The translations under genes and the position numbers were made by a program. A stretch of DNA of 64,000 nt, taken from the NCBI GenBank assembly GCA_034521595.1, contig JAXHMG010000003.1, positions 768,001-832,000 of the forward strand. Direction: 5' to 3'. Under the pieces are notes generated by a model. It was not told the DNA's origin and did not search any database. It saw only the letters and a program-made list of their open reading frames with translations. Each line of letters begins with the position of its first letter. The first letter of the stretch is position 1. Positions 19,180 through 29,270 of this stretch are shown here, one piece after another. This stretch comes from Gemmatimonadota bacterium (GTDB taxonomy: Bacteria; Gemmatimonadota; Gemmatimonadetes; Longimicrobiales; Gaopeijiaceae).

Positions 19180-20310
19180 ATGGCCGGGCAGAGCAAAGAC
19201 TTCTACAAGATTCTCGGGGTCGACGAGAAGGCATCCCAGGACGAGATCAAGAAGGCTTACCGGAAGCTGGCGAAGAGCCATCACCCGGATGCGAATCCTG
19301 GTGATGCTCAGGCGGCCGAGCGGTTCAAGGAGATCGGTGAGGCCTACGCCGTTCTGCGGGACCCGGAGAAGCGCAAGCAGTACGACGAGATGCGCAGGCT
19401 CGGGGCTTTCAGCGGTGGAGCCCGTGGGGCGCCCGGCGGAGCGTCACAGCCGAGGGCTGGGGCGGATGAAAGCTTCTCTTTCGAAGACCTCGGGGGTGGT
19501 TTCGGCAATATCTCCGACCTCTTCAGCTCGCTCTTCGATATGGGGGAACGCCGGGGTGGTGCTCGGGGCCCGCGAACGGCCGGCCGGGAACGAGGTCAGG
19601 ATGTCGAGTACGTGGTCGAGATCCCGTTTCTCACCGCGGTGCGTGGTGGAAAGGTTTCGGTCGATGTCGGCATCACCGAGGAGTGCGCGACCTGTGGGGG
19701 CGACGGAGCCCAACCAGGGACCGGCCGACGTCGGTGTGGAGAGTGTGGGGGTAGCGGAACCGTTTCGTTCGGTCAGGGGGGCTTCGCGGTAAATCGTCCT
19801 TGCCCCGCATGCTTCGGAAGAGGCCAGATTCCGGAGTCACCTTGCCCGTCGTGCAAGGGGCGGGGAAGTGTCCGTCAGCGTCGCACGATCCAGATCACCG
19901 TGCCGGAGGGCGTCGATACGGGATCCAAGGTCCGGCTCTCGGGACAGGGAGAGCGTGGCCGTGACGGCGGCCCACCCGGAGACCTGATCGTCTCGTTCAA
20001 GGTTCAGCCGCACCGGTTCTTTCGGCGCGAGGGCCTGGACATCCACGTGACCGTTCCCATCAACGTCGTGCAGGCGACGCTAGGGTCGAAGCTCCGAGTC
20101 CGAACCGTCAGCGGGAAGAAGGTCGTGCTCCGGATTCCTCCGGGCACACAACCGGGTACGAAGTTCCGCATTCCGGGTCAGGGCGTGCGTAAGGGCGACC
20201 GCGTGGGCGACCAATTGGTCGAAGTGACGGTGTCCGTGCCCGACGAGCTGTCCGAAGAGGAGCAAGAGGCGATGGAGAACTTTGCGGAAACCACCGGGCT
20301 CAAGCACTGA
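19180..20310 (+). CDS. dnaJ: Chaperone DnaJ
   Basis: J-domain with HPD, G/F-rich region, four CxxCxGxG repeats, C-terminal domain. Confidence 0.95.
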   Translation: MAGQSKDFYKILGVDEKASQDEIKKAYRKLAKSHHPDANPGDAQAAERFKEIGEAYAVLRDPEKRKQYDEMRRLGAFSGGARGAPGGASQPRAGADESFSFEDLGGGFGNISDLFSSLFDMGERRGGARGPRTAGRERGQDVEYVVEIPFLTAVRGGKVSVDVGITEECATCGGDGAQPGTGRRRCGECGGSGTVSFGQGGFAVNRPCPACFGRGQIPESPCPSCKGRGSVRQRRTIQITVPEGVDTGSKVRLSGQGERGRDGGPPGDLIVSFKVQPHRFFRREGLDIHVTVPINVVQATLGSKLRVRTVSGKKVVLRIPPGTQPGTKFRIPGQGVRKGDRVGDQLVEVTVSVPDELSEEEQEAMENFAETTGLKH

Positions 20311-21409
20311 GGTGCCCGGGAGTCAGCGCCGCACCGACCTCCGCTTTCACGATCCGGCCTCCTCCCAAGACCCGATCTCCGTCGAACACGACGGCGGACT
20401 GTCCCGGAGTGATCGCCCGGTAGGGCTCGTCGAGGGCGAGCACGAGTCGGTCCTCGCATGTGACGACCGTGGCTGAAACCGCGGGGGCGCGGTAACGCAT
20501 TTGCACCGCCACGCGGTCGCCGGGCGTCGGTGCGTTCGTGAGCCAGTTCAACTCACCGACGTGCACATGATCCCTGTGCAGCTCGTCTCGCGTTCCGACC
20601 ACCACCTCTCTGGATTCGGGGCGAACCTCGAGCACGAACAGAGGCTCGTCAAAGCCACCTCCGAGGCCGCGTCGTTGCCCGACCGTGAATCCGGCGTACC
20701 CGTCGTGCTCGCCCACCACCGTGCCGTCCACCCGCACGATGGGGCCACGCTGCAGCGCCGGGTGGAGGTCGGGGAGCTTTTTCGACAGGAGATCCCGGTA
20801 GTTCCCGGTCGGCACGAAGCAGATCTCCTGGGATTCCGGCTTCTCCGCGGTTGCGAGCTCGAGCTGGCGGGCGCGATCACGGACCTCGTCCTTCGTCAGC
20901 TCCCCCAAGGGAAAGAGAAGACGCGGAAGCATGTCCCGCGGGAGCCCCCAGAGGAAGTACGATTGATCCTTATCGGTGTCTCGTCCGCGGAGGAGCGACG
21001 ATTCCCGCTGGCCGTGATCGATCCGGACGTAATGCCCGGAAGCGATCTGGTCGCATCCCAGTGCCTCACCCCGCTCGAGCAGGTCTCGAAACTTGGTGTT
21101 GCTGTTGCAGCGAACGCAGGGATTCGGCGTCCGCCCGTGAGCGTATTCATCGACGAAGTCGTCGATCACGTCCCGGGTGAAGTCCTCCTCGACGTCGAAG
21201 ACGTAGTGCGGAGTTCCCAACGCGGTCGCGACCCTGCGTGCATCGACGATCCCGTCCAGGCCACAGCAGGTCTTTCCGGAGTCGGGCGTCTCCGAATAGC
21301 AGAACGTCTTCATGGTGACCCCGACCACCTCGTGTCCGGCTTCCACGAGGAGCGCTGCGGCGACCGACGAGTCGACGCCGCCGGACATCGCGACGAGTAC
21401 CCGGCTCAT
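20300..21409 (-). CDS. mnmA: tRNA 2-thiouridine(34) synthase MnmA
   Basis: [45 protein letters not shown]. Confidence 0.96.
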   Translation of the reverse strand: MSRVLVAMSGGVDSSVAAALLVEAGHEVVGVTMKTFCYSETPDSGKTCCGLDGIVDARRVATALGTPHYVFDVEEDFTRDVIDDFVDEYAHGRTPNPCVRCNSNTKFRDLLERGEALGCDQIASGHYVRIDHGQRESSLLRGRDTDKDQSYFLWGLPRDMLPRLLFPLGELTKDEVRDRARQLELATAEKPESQEICFVPTGNYRDLLSKKLPDLHPALQRGPIVRVDGTVVGEHDGYAGFTVGQRRGLGGGFDEPLFVLEVRPESREVVVGTRDELHRDHVHVGELNWLTNAPTPGDRVAVQMRYRAPAVSATVVTCEDRLVLALDEPYRAITPGQSAVVFDGDRVLGGGRIVKAEVGAALTPGHLSA

Positions 21410-22560
21410 GCGGTATCCCTGAGCCGCCGAACCACATCCACGGTGGTGTCGACGGCCTGCCGTATCCCGTCGTCGTCACTCAACCGTCCGAGCGAATAGC
21501 GCACATGCGCTCGCGTCGATCCGGGTCCGTAGAGCGCTTCGATGACGTGACTCCCTCGGCTACTTCCGCTCTGACACGCGGATGCGCCCGAGACGGCGAT
21601 TCCTTCGAGGTCCAGATTGATCAATAGCATGCTGGTATCGACCCCTTCGAAGCCGATGTTCGCGACGTGAGGTGCGCGGACGGCCTCGTCGCCAGCCACG
21701 ACGACGCCGTCCAACTCGGAGGTGAGTCGACGCTCCAGGAGGGTACGCAGCTCCGACAGCCGCTCGGCCTCCCGGGTTCGCTCTTCCACCGCCAAACGTA
21801 GCGCGGTGGCGAGCCCGACCGCGCCGCCCACGTCTTCCGTCCCGGGCCGGAGCCTGCGTTCTTGCCCTCCTCCGTACAGGAGGGGCGTCAGCGCAGTGCC
21901 TCCTCGGACGAATAACAGCCCCGTGCCCTTGGGGCCATAGATCTTGTGTCCGGAGACGGTCAGCAGGTCGATGCCGTCGAGTCGCGAGAGATCGACGTCC
22001 AGCTTTCCGACGGCCTGCACCGCATCGGTGTGGAAGATCACGTCGGTGTCCCGCGTAAGCTCCGAAAGCGCTTCGACGGGAAGCACGATGCCGGTTTCGT
22101 TGTTGACCCACATACACGAGAGGACCGCCGGATCGGGTCCCAGGGCGCTGCCGAGCGCGTCCAGATCGACCGAGCCGTCCGGACGCACGGGAAAGACGTT
22201 CAGCCGGGCGCTGCCGGTGTCCGCCAGGTGCTCCGCCAGATGCAGGACCGCGTGGTGCTCGATAGCGCTCACCCACAAGGACGCGGGACCGGCGGTTTCC
22301 CGGGTGGCGTGACATGCGCCGCCCAGAGCGAGATTGTCTCCTTCGGTTCCGCCCCGCACGAAACAGATTTCACCGTTACGGACTCCGAGCGCCGCCGCCG
22401 CTTCGGCCCGTGCGTCTTCGAGGGCGGCCGAGGCTTCGCGGCCCCACCGATGTTGGCTGGACGGATTCCCGAAGTTCTCTTCGGCGAACGGGATCATCGC
22501 CTCCTGTACTTCGGGGCGCACCGGCGTGGTTGCGGCGTGGTCGAGATACACGGGGTTCAT
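21406..22560 (-). CDS. iscS: Cysteine desulfurase (IscS/NifS type)
   Basis: YLDHAATTP, GNPSS, NNETG, HTDAVQ, SGHKIYGPKG, SGASAC; start of mnmA overlaps its stop. Confidence 0.9.
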   Translation of the reverse strand: MNPVYLDHAATTPVRPEVQEAMIPFAEENFGNPSSQHRWGREASAALEDARAEAAAALGVRNGEICFVRGGTEGDNLALGGACHATRETAGPASLWVSAIEHHAVLHLAEHLADTGSARLNVFPVRPDGSVDLDALGSALGPDPAVLSCMWVNNETGIVLPVEALSELTRDTDVIFHTDAVQAVGKLDVDLSRLDGIDLLTVSGHKIYGPKGTGLLFVRGGTALTPLLYGGGQERRLRPGTEDVGGAVGLATALRLAVEERTREAERLSELRTLLERRLTSELDGVVVAGDEAVRAPHVANIGFEGVDTSMLLINLDLEGIAVSGASACQSGSSRGSHVIEALYGPGSTRAHVRYSLGRLSDDDGIRQAVDTTVDVVRRLRDTA

Positions 22561-22618
22561 GAATCGGGCTCTGGTGCGTTGGCTCGGGGTTCGACGGAAA
22601 GTAACTTAACGGCGACGG

Positions 22619-23017
22619 GTGGGCCTGCCGTGCCCCCGCTCCGACCGCTCCGTTCAGCGAGGCAGCTTCATCGAGTCGCAAGCGAGTCATCCGTCGTTCC
22701 CGGAAGGACGGCCCCGGTGTTTCCGGGCTACGGTTCACGGTACGGTTTTCGGCGATCGGGAGCGGCACTTCCATACCCTGAAGGCGGGCGACTCGGTCCG
22801 GCTGGTGCCCGATCCTCCGGTGCAGGATCACCCCGAGGTATGGGTGCACCTGCCCTCCGGTGAGCCGGTGGGACATCTTCCCCCCGATATCGCCGACTGG
22901 CTCTGGCCGTGGATGGCGTATGGAGGGGCGGCCGAAGCGCGCGCGGTTCGCGTCGAAGGTCCCGACGCTCCGTCGTGGCGCCGGCTCTTGGTGGAAGTGT
23001 CCTGTCGGGACTCGTAG
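22619..23017 (+). CDS. Stand-alone HIRAN-like domain protein (start uncertain)
   Basis: VHGT.F...LKAGDSVRLVPDP...EVWVH...VGHLP.DIA pattern resembles HIRAN. Confidence 0.55.
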   Translation: MGLPCPRSDRSVQRGSFIESQASHPSFPEGRPRCFRATVHGTVFGDRERHFHTLKAGDSVRLVPDPPVQDHPEVWVHLPSGEPVGHLPPDIADWLWPWMAYGGAAEARAVRVEGPDAPSWRRLLVEVSCRDS

Positions 23018-23081
23018 TCGCCCGTCCATCCGCGGTGCTGCCCGACGAAGGCTACCGGAGTGCCGCCCCGGTGCTGCTCGA

Positions 23082-23807
23082 TCAGAACGTGGCGACCGCG
23101 AGGTCGGACAGATCGTCGACCCGGAGCGCCTCGTCCGTCGTGAACGGCTCACCGAAAGGCACCCGGATCAACGACCCGTAGTGCGCGAGGTGCGCGCGGA
23201 TCTGTTCGAAGAGCGGGCGGTCTCCGCCCGGATAGACTTCACCGATGCCGCTCACCCCCTCGAACTGGGAGCGATACGCGGAGAGTGCTTCGAATTTCCG
23301 GTCCACGTGCTCGGTGATATCCACGACGAAGTCCGGTGGAGGCGCGTCTTCGCGGTAGGCCGTGGCGTACACGAGCTTGTGGGGTCGGAAGGGGGCTCCC
23401 TCGACGTCCAGCTTCCGCAGGCCGCTCAGGAAGCTGGCGTCCCTGACCAACTCCGCGGCGATCCTGTGGTCACGATGCCGTCCGGCCTTCCAGTGGGTCA
23501 CGACGATGGACGGGCGGAGTGCTCTCAAGTGCTGGGCTACGACGTGGCGCGATTCGCTGTCGTTTTCGAGTCCCGAGTCGGGGAGCATCGCACAGTGGCG
23601 CTCGACCACACCCAGGATCCGGGCCGCTTCCGCCGCCTCTGCGGCTCTCTCCTCCGGGGTGCCCGAGCTCCCCATCTCGCCGGCCGTGAGGTCGAGAATT
23701 CCGACCCGGCGTCCGAGCGCCGCACACTTGCTCAGGGTGCCGCCGCAGAGAAGCTCCGCGTCGTCGGGATGGGCCATGATGGCCAGGATGTCCAGCGGGT
23801 TCGTCAT
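23082..23807 (-). CDS. bshB1: Bacillithiol biosynthesis deacetylase BshB1 (PIG-L family)
   Basis: AHPDDAELLCGGT, LDLTAGEMGSSG, HRDH, DFVVDIT, YRSQF, GEPF. Confidence 0.85.
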   Translation of the reverse strand: MTNPLDILAIMAHPDDAELLCGGTLSKCAALGRRVGILDLTAGEMGSSGTPEERAAEAAEAARILGVVERHCAMLPDSGLENDSESRHVVAQHLRALRPSIVVTHWKAGRHRDHRIAAELVRDASFLSGLRKLDVEGAPFRPHKLVYATAYREDAPPPDFVVDITEHVDRKFEALSAYRSQFEGVSGIGEVYPGGDRPLFEQIRAHLAHYGSLIRVPFGEPFTTDEALRVDDLSDLAVATF

Positions 23808-23811
23808 GGGG

Positions 23812-25107
23812 TCACTCGAATCTGAGGGCGTCGACCGGGTTCAATCGACTGGCGCGATAGGCCGGAAGGAGCCCGAAGAGCATACCGGTCACCACGGCCA
23901 TGGCCAAGGACGCGGCCACTGCCCAGATGGGTACCGCTGCCGGTATAGGGGTCCACGTCGCGACCGTCGCGGCCAGGGCCCATCCGCCGACCATACCCAC
24001 GGACGCCCCGGCGAGCGTCAGTAATGAGGCCTCGGCCAAGAACTGCCACAGGATGGCGCCTCGCGTGGCCCCCACCGCCTTCCGGATTCCGATCTCCCGT
24101 GTTCGTTCCGTGACGGAGATCAACATGATGCCGATCACCCCGATCCCTCCCACCAGGAGCCCGGCGGAAGCGAGCAGAAGAATCACGAGGAAGAACACTC
24201 CGGTCAAACGGTTGAACAGATCCAGGACCTGAGCCGATGCGAGCAGGGCGAAGTCGTTCTCTTCCCGTGGCCCGAGGCCCCTCATGCTCCGGAGTGAGGT
24301 GATCACTTCGTCCTGGGCCGGGCTCATTCCGACCGAGTCGTTCGGCACGACCAGCACCTGCGCTTGCCACCGTGATTGCCGGAGCCTGCGGTTCGCGGCC
24401 GTCCAAGGAAAGACCGCCCAGTACGGCGTCGCCGCCGTGAAGATGTTCTCTGCGGCCTCGAAGACGCCCAGGACCGCGAACGACTCCTGGTGTTGCCCGG
24501 AACCCGCCGACACCCTCACGAAGCGACCGATGGGGTTGCGTTGCCCGAAAAGCTCTCGGGCCAGATCCACCGACAGGACCACGACAGGGCGGTTCTGGTT
24601 GACCTCCGTCGGCGTGAAGTCCCGCCCGGCGACGAAATCGCCGGGCTGGTAGCGCGGCCAGCCGGACGAGTACGCCTGGGACGGAACCCCCTCGACCCGG
24701 TGTCCCTCGAAGGAGACGCTCGCGTTGAATGAGAAGTTGTAGAGCGCTTCATCGATGCTCGGGAGCGTCCCCAGCGTCCGGGCTTCCTCGGGCTCGATTT
24801 CCGGCGTGTTCCACCACGGTGGACGCCCGCTCCCGTCACTGGTCAGCCGGACTGCGGTGAAGTCGAAGCGGGTGACCATGAAATTGTTCGGGCCGGCCGA
24901 CTCGAAGGCTTCCATGACACTCGATCGGACTCCGGTGATGAGCGCGGCGATCGCCATGACGACCGCCACCCCGACCGCGACGCCGAGGACCGTGAGCGCG
25001 GAGCGGGTCCGATTGCTCACGATCGCGTCCCAAGCGATGCCGATACCGTCGGTCAGCCTGCTCGCGAAAGCAGACCGTCCGGAACGGGGGGAGCGCGCCT
25101 CATTCAT
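23812..25107 (-). CDS. MacB/FtsX-type ABC transporter permease
   Basis: RSALTVLGVAVG, GGIGVIGIMLISVTERTREIGIRKAVGA, PAYRASRLNPVDALRFE. Start placed at the ATG overlapping the upstream permease. Confidence 0.9.
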   Translation of the reverse strand: MNEARSPRSGRSAFASRLTDGIGIAWDAIVSNRTRSALTVLGVAVGVAVVMAIAALITGVRSSVMEAFESAGPNNFMVTRFDFTAVRLTSDGSGRPPWWNTPEIEPEEARTLGTLPSIDEALYNFSFNASVSFEGHRVEGVPSQAYSSGWPRYQPGDFVAGRDFTPTEVNQNRPVVVLSVDLARELFGQRNPIGRFVRVSAGSGQHQESFAVLGVFEAAENIFTAATPYWAVFPWTAANRRLRQSRWQAQVLVVPNDSVGMSPAQDEVITSLRSMRGLGPREENDFALLASAQVLDLFNRLTGVFFLVILLLASAGLLVGGIGVIGIMLISVTERTREIGIRKAVGATRGAILWQFLAEASLLTLAGASVGMVGGWALAATVATWTPIPAAVPIWAVAASLAMAVVTGMLFGLLPAYRASRLNPVDALRFE

Positions 25108-26341
25108 GCCGGAGCGCGTCCACCGGATCGAGGCGCGCGGCGCGCGAGGCCGGGTAGACTCCGGCGGCGATTCCGACCGAGACGCCCAGACCGATGCCGA
25201 GGGCGATCCAATGGGGGGCCACGGCGGCGGGAAGCGGAGATGCGCTCGCCACGAGGGCGGCGATCCCCAATCCGGCCCCGACCCCGAGCACCGCACCGAA
25301 CGCCGAGAGCGTCGTCGATTCGATGAGCACCTGGACCAGGATGTCTCTCCGGCGGGCGCCGAGCGCTTTGCGCAAGCCGATCTCCCTCGTCCGCTCCATC
25401 ACGGACACGAGCATGATGTTCATGATCACGATGCCCCCGACCACGAGCGAGATCGAGACGAGCATCGGGAGCGCGAGGAAGAGGATCCGGGAAATGTCGT
25501 CCCAGAAGCTGATCGCTTCATCGGCGGTTTCGAGGGCGAAGTCGGCTTCTTCGGTCGGGCGCAGGCCACGCCTGACGCGCATGATGCCCTCGACCTCGAG
25601 TTGGGCTTCCCGAAGCCGTGAAGGGTCGATGGTCTGGACGATGATCTCGTCGACGGCGCCTCTCGGATTCGTGATCGCCTGAATGGCTGAGCGCGCCGGA
25701 GCAATCGCGAGGTTGTCGAGCGACTGTCCAAACAGTGAGCCCCGCTCATCGAGCACTCCCACCACACGGTAGGGGAAGCCCCTGATGCGCACGCTGCGGT
25801 CAATGGGGTCGAGATCCTCGAAGATGACGTCGGCCGTCTCCCACCCGAGGACGATGACCGGTGTCCCGGCCTGTGCTTCCTGGGGGGTGAAAGCGCGCCC
25901 CCGTGCGAGCTCGAGGTTCCGGATCGCGAAGATCTCGGGTGAAGCCCCCGTAATGCGGACACCGGTGGCGGCGCGGCCGTTCTCTCCGACGGCATCCGCG
26001 CTCGTGCTGCTTTCGACGGCGACCCGGGACGGGACTGCGAGAGTCCGCCGGATGGCGTCGGCGTCCTCGTATCGGAGGCGGGGACGCCGGCGGCGTGCGC
26101 GCCATTCTTCGGCACTGGTATTGATGTTGACGCTCTCCCACCTACGGAGCGTCACCGTGTTGATTCCGAAGACCTGTGACGTGAAGTCTTCGCGCACGTA
26201 ACGATCGAGGCCCTCGACGACCGTGACGACCAGAATCAAGAACGTCACACCGAGGATGACGCCGAGGACGCTGAAAAAGCTCTTCAGCTTCTCGGTTCGA
26301 ATCTGGAGAAACGCCAGCGCTACGCCTTCCCGGAAGACCAT
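25100..26341 (-). CDS. MacB/FtsX-type ABC transporter permease
   Basis: GGIVIMNIMLVSVMERTREIGLRKALGA, PASRAARLDPVDALRHE. Confidence 0.92.
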   Translation of the reverse strand: MVFREGVALAFLQIRTEKLKSFFSVLGVILGVTFLILVVTVVEGLDRYVREDFTSQVFGINTVTLRRWESVNINTSAEEWRARRRRPRLRYEDADAIRRTLAVPSRVAVESSTSADAVGENGRAATGVRITGASPEIFAIRNLELARGRAFTPQEAQAGTPVIVLGWETADVIFEDLDPIDRSVRIRGFPYRVVGVLDERGSLFGQSLDNLAIAPARSAIQAITNPRGAVDEIIVQTIDPSRLREAQLEVEGIMRVRRGLRPTEEADFALETADEAISFWDDISRILFLALPMLVSISLVVGGIVIMNIMLVSVMERTREIGLRKALGARRRDILVQVLIESTTLSAFGAVLGVGAGLGIAALVASASPLPAAVAPHWIALGIGLGVSVGIAAGVYPASRAARLDPVDALRHE

Positions 26342-26347
26342 CTCGAT

Positions 26348-27607
26348 CTATTCGTCGTCCGGAGGAAAGCCTTGCCCGTTCGTCCGCCGGATGGGGTCGT
26401 CGTGCTCGAGCGCGCGGATCGCCTGATACGGTCCGGCCACCACCGTGTCCCCCACCTCCACGCCGCTCGAGACCTCGAAGTGCTCCCGTCCTGCGATTCC
26501 GACTTCGACCGGGGTGAAGCGCGCCCTCGCGTCGGAGACCAGAAACACGCCCTCCACGTCTTCGCCGGGCGTGCTTTCGCCTTCACCTCCGCCTTCCGCG
26601 GTCCCGGCCGTCCCAGCCGGACGGACCGTCAGGGCGATGATCGGTATGGACACCGCGTCGCGACGCGTCGCGACGACGATGTCGGCCGTGGCCGACAGGT
26701 CGGGTCGGAGCGCGACCTCGGTTTCGTCCAGCGTCAGGACGACCTCGAAGTCGATCGCGGCTTCCTGGCCTCCGGTCTGTTGATCCGGTGGAGTGATCGC
26801 GGAGTTGCCGATCTCCGTAACGCTCCCGGTAAAGGTCCGATTCGGAAAAGCGTCGATGCGGATCGACGCGGTGTCACCGAGTGAGATTCGCGGCACGTCG
26901 GTTTCGTCCACGCGGATCACGGCCTCCATGACGGACAGGTCCGAAATGGTCAGAACGAGGCTGCCCGGGTTGTTCATCGTACCGATCATGACGGTCTCGC
27001 CTTCCTCCACGTTGAGTCGCGTGACGCGCCCGGTCATCGGTGCGGTGAATACCGTCTTGGAAAGGCGGTCCGCGGCTTCCTCGACGGCCGCTTCGGCCTG
27101 GGCGACCCCGTGTTGCGCCGACTCGAAGGTTGCCTGTGCCACCTCGACATTGGTGCGCGCGTCGTCGAGCTGTTGCGGGCTCACGAGCAGGGAGTCGCGC
27201 TGACGCATCCGCTCCAGCCGGTCCATGTCCCGTTCGGCCCGGATCAGGTTCGCGCGCTGTTGTGCCTCTTGCGAGCGTGCTTGAGCGAGTTGGGCCTCGG
27301 CGCTCGACAAAGCCGCACGATATTGATCCGGCTCGAGCCGGAGGAGGGTCTGCCCGGCGACGACGTCTTCACCCTCGCGGACCAGGAGCTCGGCCACCTT
27401 GGCTGAAACGTCCGAGCTCATGTCGACCGTGCGCCGGGCGCGGACATTGCCCGACGCCGTGACCAGCTCTACGAGGTCACGACGCTCCACGACCTCCGTG
27501 CGTACTTGGGCTCCCTGGTCACGGCTGCGCGCGACCGCTGTCGCGGCGATGGCGCCGCCCACCAGCATGACCACGCCCACGCCTACGACCTTAGAACGAC
27601 GCTGCAT
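26348..27607 (-). CDS. Periplasmic adaptor (MacA/HlyD membrane fusion protein)
   Basis: N-terminal TM, lipoyl halves (VREGEDV..GQ.L; APMTG.VT.LNVEEGE), helical hairpin, VDETDV. Confidence 0.92.
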   Translation of the reverse strand: MQRRSKVVGVGVVMLVGGAIAATAVARSRDQGAQVRTEVVERRDLVELVTASGNVRARRTVDMSSDVSAKVAELLVREGEDVVAGQTLLRLEPDQYRAALSSAEAQLAQARSQEAQQRANLIRAERDMDRLERMRQRDSLLVSPQQLDDARTNVEVAQATFESAQHGVAQAEAAVEEAADRLSKTVFTAPMTGRVTRLNVEEGETVMIGTMNNPGSLVLTISDLSVMEAVIRVDETDVPRISLGDTASIRIDAFPNRTFTGSVTEIGNSAITPPDQQTGGQEAAIDFEVVLTLDETEVALRPDLSATADIVVATRRDAVSIPIIALTVRPAGTAGTAEGGGEGESTPGEDVEGVFLVSDARARFTPVEVGIAGREHFEVSSGVEVGDTVVAGPYQAIRALEHDDPIRRTNGQGFPPDDE

Positions 27608-27619
27608 GTCGAGCTCCCG

Positions 27620-29119
27620 TCAGTCTCTGAGTGAAGCGCCGACCAGCGCCTCGAGTGCGGTCACGGCGTCGTGGTATGCGAACGCTGCCACGATGCTGTC
27701 GCTTTCAGCCCCTGAGAGGACCGTCTGTGCGTCCATCAGCTCCACGAAAGTGATGGCGCCCACCTGGTATCGCTCCCGGGCGAGTGTGAGTTGGCGTTCG
27801 GCTAGCTCACGGTTTCGCTCCTCCAGGAGCGCGCTCTCGTAGGCCGTACGTACCTCCGCGAGGGCGATGCGGAGATCCGCTTCCAACGCCAGCTCGAGCT
27901 CTCTGGCTTCGTGCACCAGATCGTCTCGTTGGACTCGAGCGGCCTCGAGGTTCCGCTGCCGGCTGAGACCCTGGAAGATCGGGATGCTGATGCCGAGGGA
28001 GATGCTGGGCGAGGACCGCTGAAAGCCGAAGGGGAATTGGTCGTTGGACTCGATGATCGCGCGGCGCTGGTCGTCGGTGAAGGCGAGCTGTGAGCAATCC
28101 GTCGTTGGCAAGGGGTCCGCCAGGCGGCTGTAGATTTCGTTCGTTCGCACGCAGCTCGCGATGTTCGAAGCCACTCTCGTCCGGGCTTGGGAGACGAGGA
28201 AATCCGGATCGCTGGCTTCCCGGGCGAAGCCTCCCCAGCCGGTCGAGATGGACAGGGTCGGTAGGTATGGAGAACGCGCGGCGCTCACTCCGAGGTCCGC
28301 TGCTTCGCGCGCGGCACGGGTGGCCCGCAAGTCCGGGTTTCGTTCCACGGCCAGCGAGCGGAGCGAGTCGAGGCTCCAGCGCGGCTCGTACAGCGTGAAG
28401 CGCGTCACCGGCTCCACGGGTTGATGGACGCGCACACCCATGCGCTGGAGGAGGCGCATGCGCGCGGTTTCCACCGCGTTCGCCGCTTGTAGAACCTGGA
28501 CCTCACTGCGTCCCACCTGGATCTCCGCCTGACCGACGTCGATCGGCGTGACCGTGCCGACCTCCAGCTGTCCCTCGGCGAGCCGAAGGTTGATGCGTGA
28601 GTTCTCGAGCTGCTGCTCGGCCGTGCGGTGCAGCTCTACCTGCCGGAGCATGTCTACATAGGCCGAAGTGACCGCGGCGGTGAGGTCGGTGGCCGCGACG
28701 TCGATCCGGGCCCGGGTCGTCTTCCGGTCCGCCCTCGCGCGCTCCGGCTCCCGGATCGTGGCCCAGTCGAGGGAGTAGTTGACGCCCAGGTTATAGCTCG
28801 AGAAGTAGTATGACGGCTGGTTCGTGAACCCGAGATCACCGGTGGTGAGGTTCCCGAGTTGCTGTTCTCCGGGGCCCTGCCAACTCACCTGACCGCCCAC
28901 GCTCGCCGAAGGTAGGAGCCCGCCGTACGCCTGCCGCACATTCCAGTCGGCGAGGCTCTCGTCATTACGAGCCCGCTGGTACGCGGGGCTGTTCCGCCGA
29001 GCGATCTCGAGGGCCTCATCCAGCGAGAGGCGTTCGGGGATCGGTTCCTGGGCGAGGGCGTCGGTGGTCAGGAGCGTGCACGCCAACCCGAGACCGAGCC
29101 CCCATCGCGAGATCCTCAT
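27620..29119 (-). CDS. TolC family outer-membrane efflux protein
   Basis: Signal peptide MRISRWGLGLG...ALAQ, LSLDEALEIA, two OEP repeats, ARERYQVG. Confidence 0.88.
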   Translation of the reverse strand: MRISRWGLGLGLACTLLTTDALAQEPIPERLSLDEALEIARRNSPAYQRARNDESLADWNVRQAYGGLLPSASVGGQVSWQGPGEQQLGNLTTGDLGFTNQPSYYFSSYNLGVNYSLDWATIREPERARADRKTTRARIDVAATDLTAAVTSAYVDMLRQVELHRTAEQQLENSRINLRLAEGQLEVGTVTPIDVGQAEIQVGRSEVQVLQAANAVETARMRLLQRMGVRVHQPVEPVTRFTLYEPRWSLDSLRSLAVERNPDLRATRAAREAADLGVSAARSPYLPTLSISTGWGGFAREASDPDFLVSQARTRVASNIASCVRTNEIYSRLADPLPTTDCSQLAFTDDQRRAIIESNDQFPFGFQRSSPSISLGISIPIFQGLSRQRNLEAARVQRDDLVHEARELELALEADLRIALAEVRTAYESALLEERNRELAERQLTLARERYQVGAITFVELMDAQTVLSGAESDSIVAAFAYHDAVTALEALVGASLRD

Positions 29120-29169
29120 GCGCTTGGTGCTTTCCCCTTTCCGCACGTGGAACCAATCGAGCGCGCCGA

Positions 29170-29247
29170 GAGTCCGTACGGACTCCACTCGCCTTCGGTT
29201 TCGCGCAACTCGCGCGGGAGTTGCGCGAAAGGCGCTCTCCGGAGTCC
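29170..29247. repeat. Nested inverted repeats upstream of tolC
   Basis: Perfect 16-bp palindrome GAGTCCGTACGGACTC (29170-29185); 13-bp IR TTTCGCGCAACTC/GAGTTGCGCGAAA (29199-29230); GGACTCC/GGAGTCC (29180-86/29241-47). Confidence 0.8.
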
Positions 29248-29270
29248 ATGTGGCCCGCCGGAAAGCGGGC

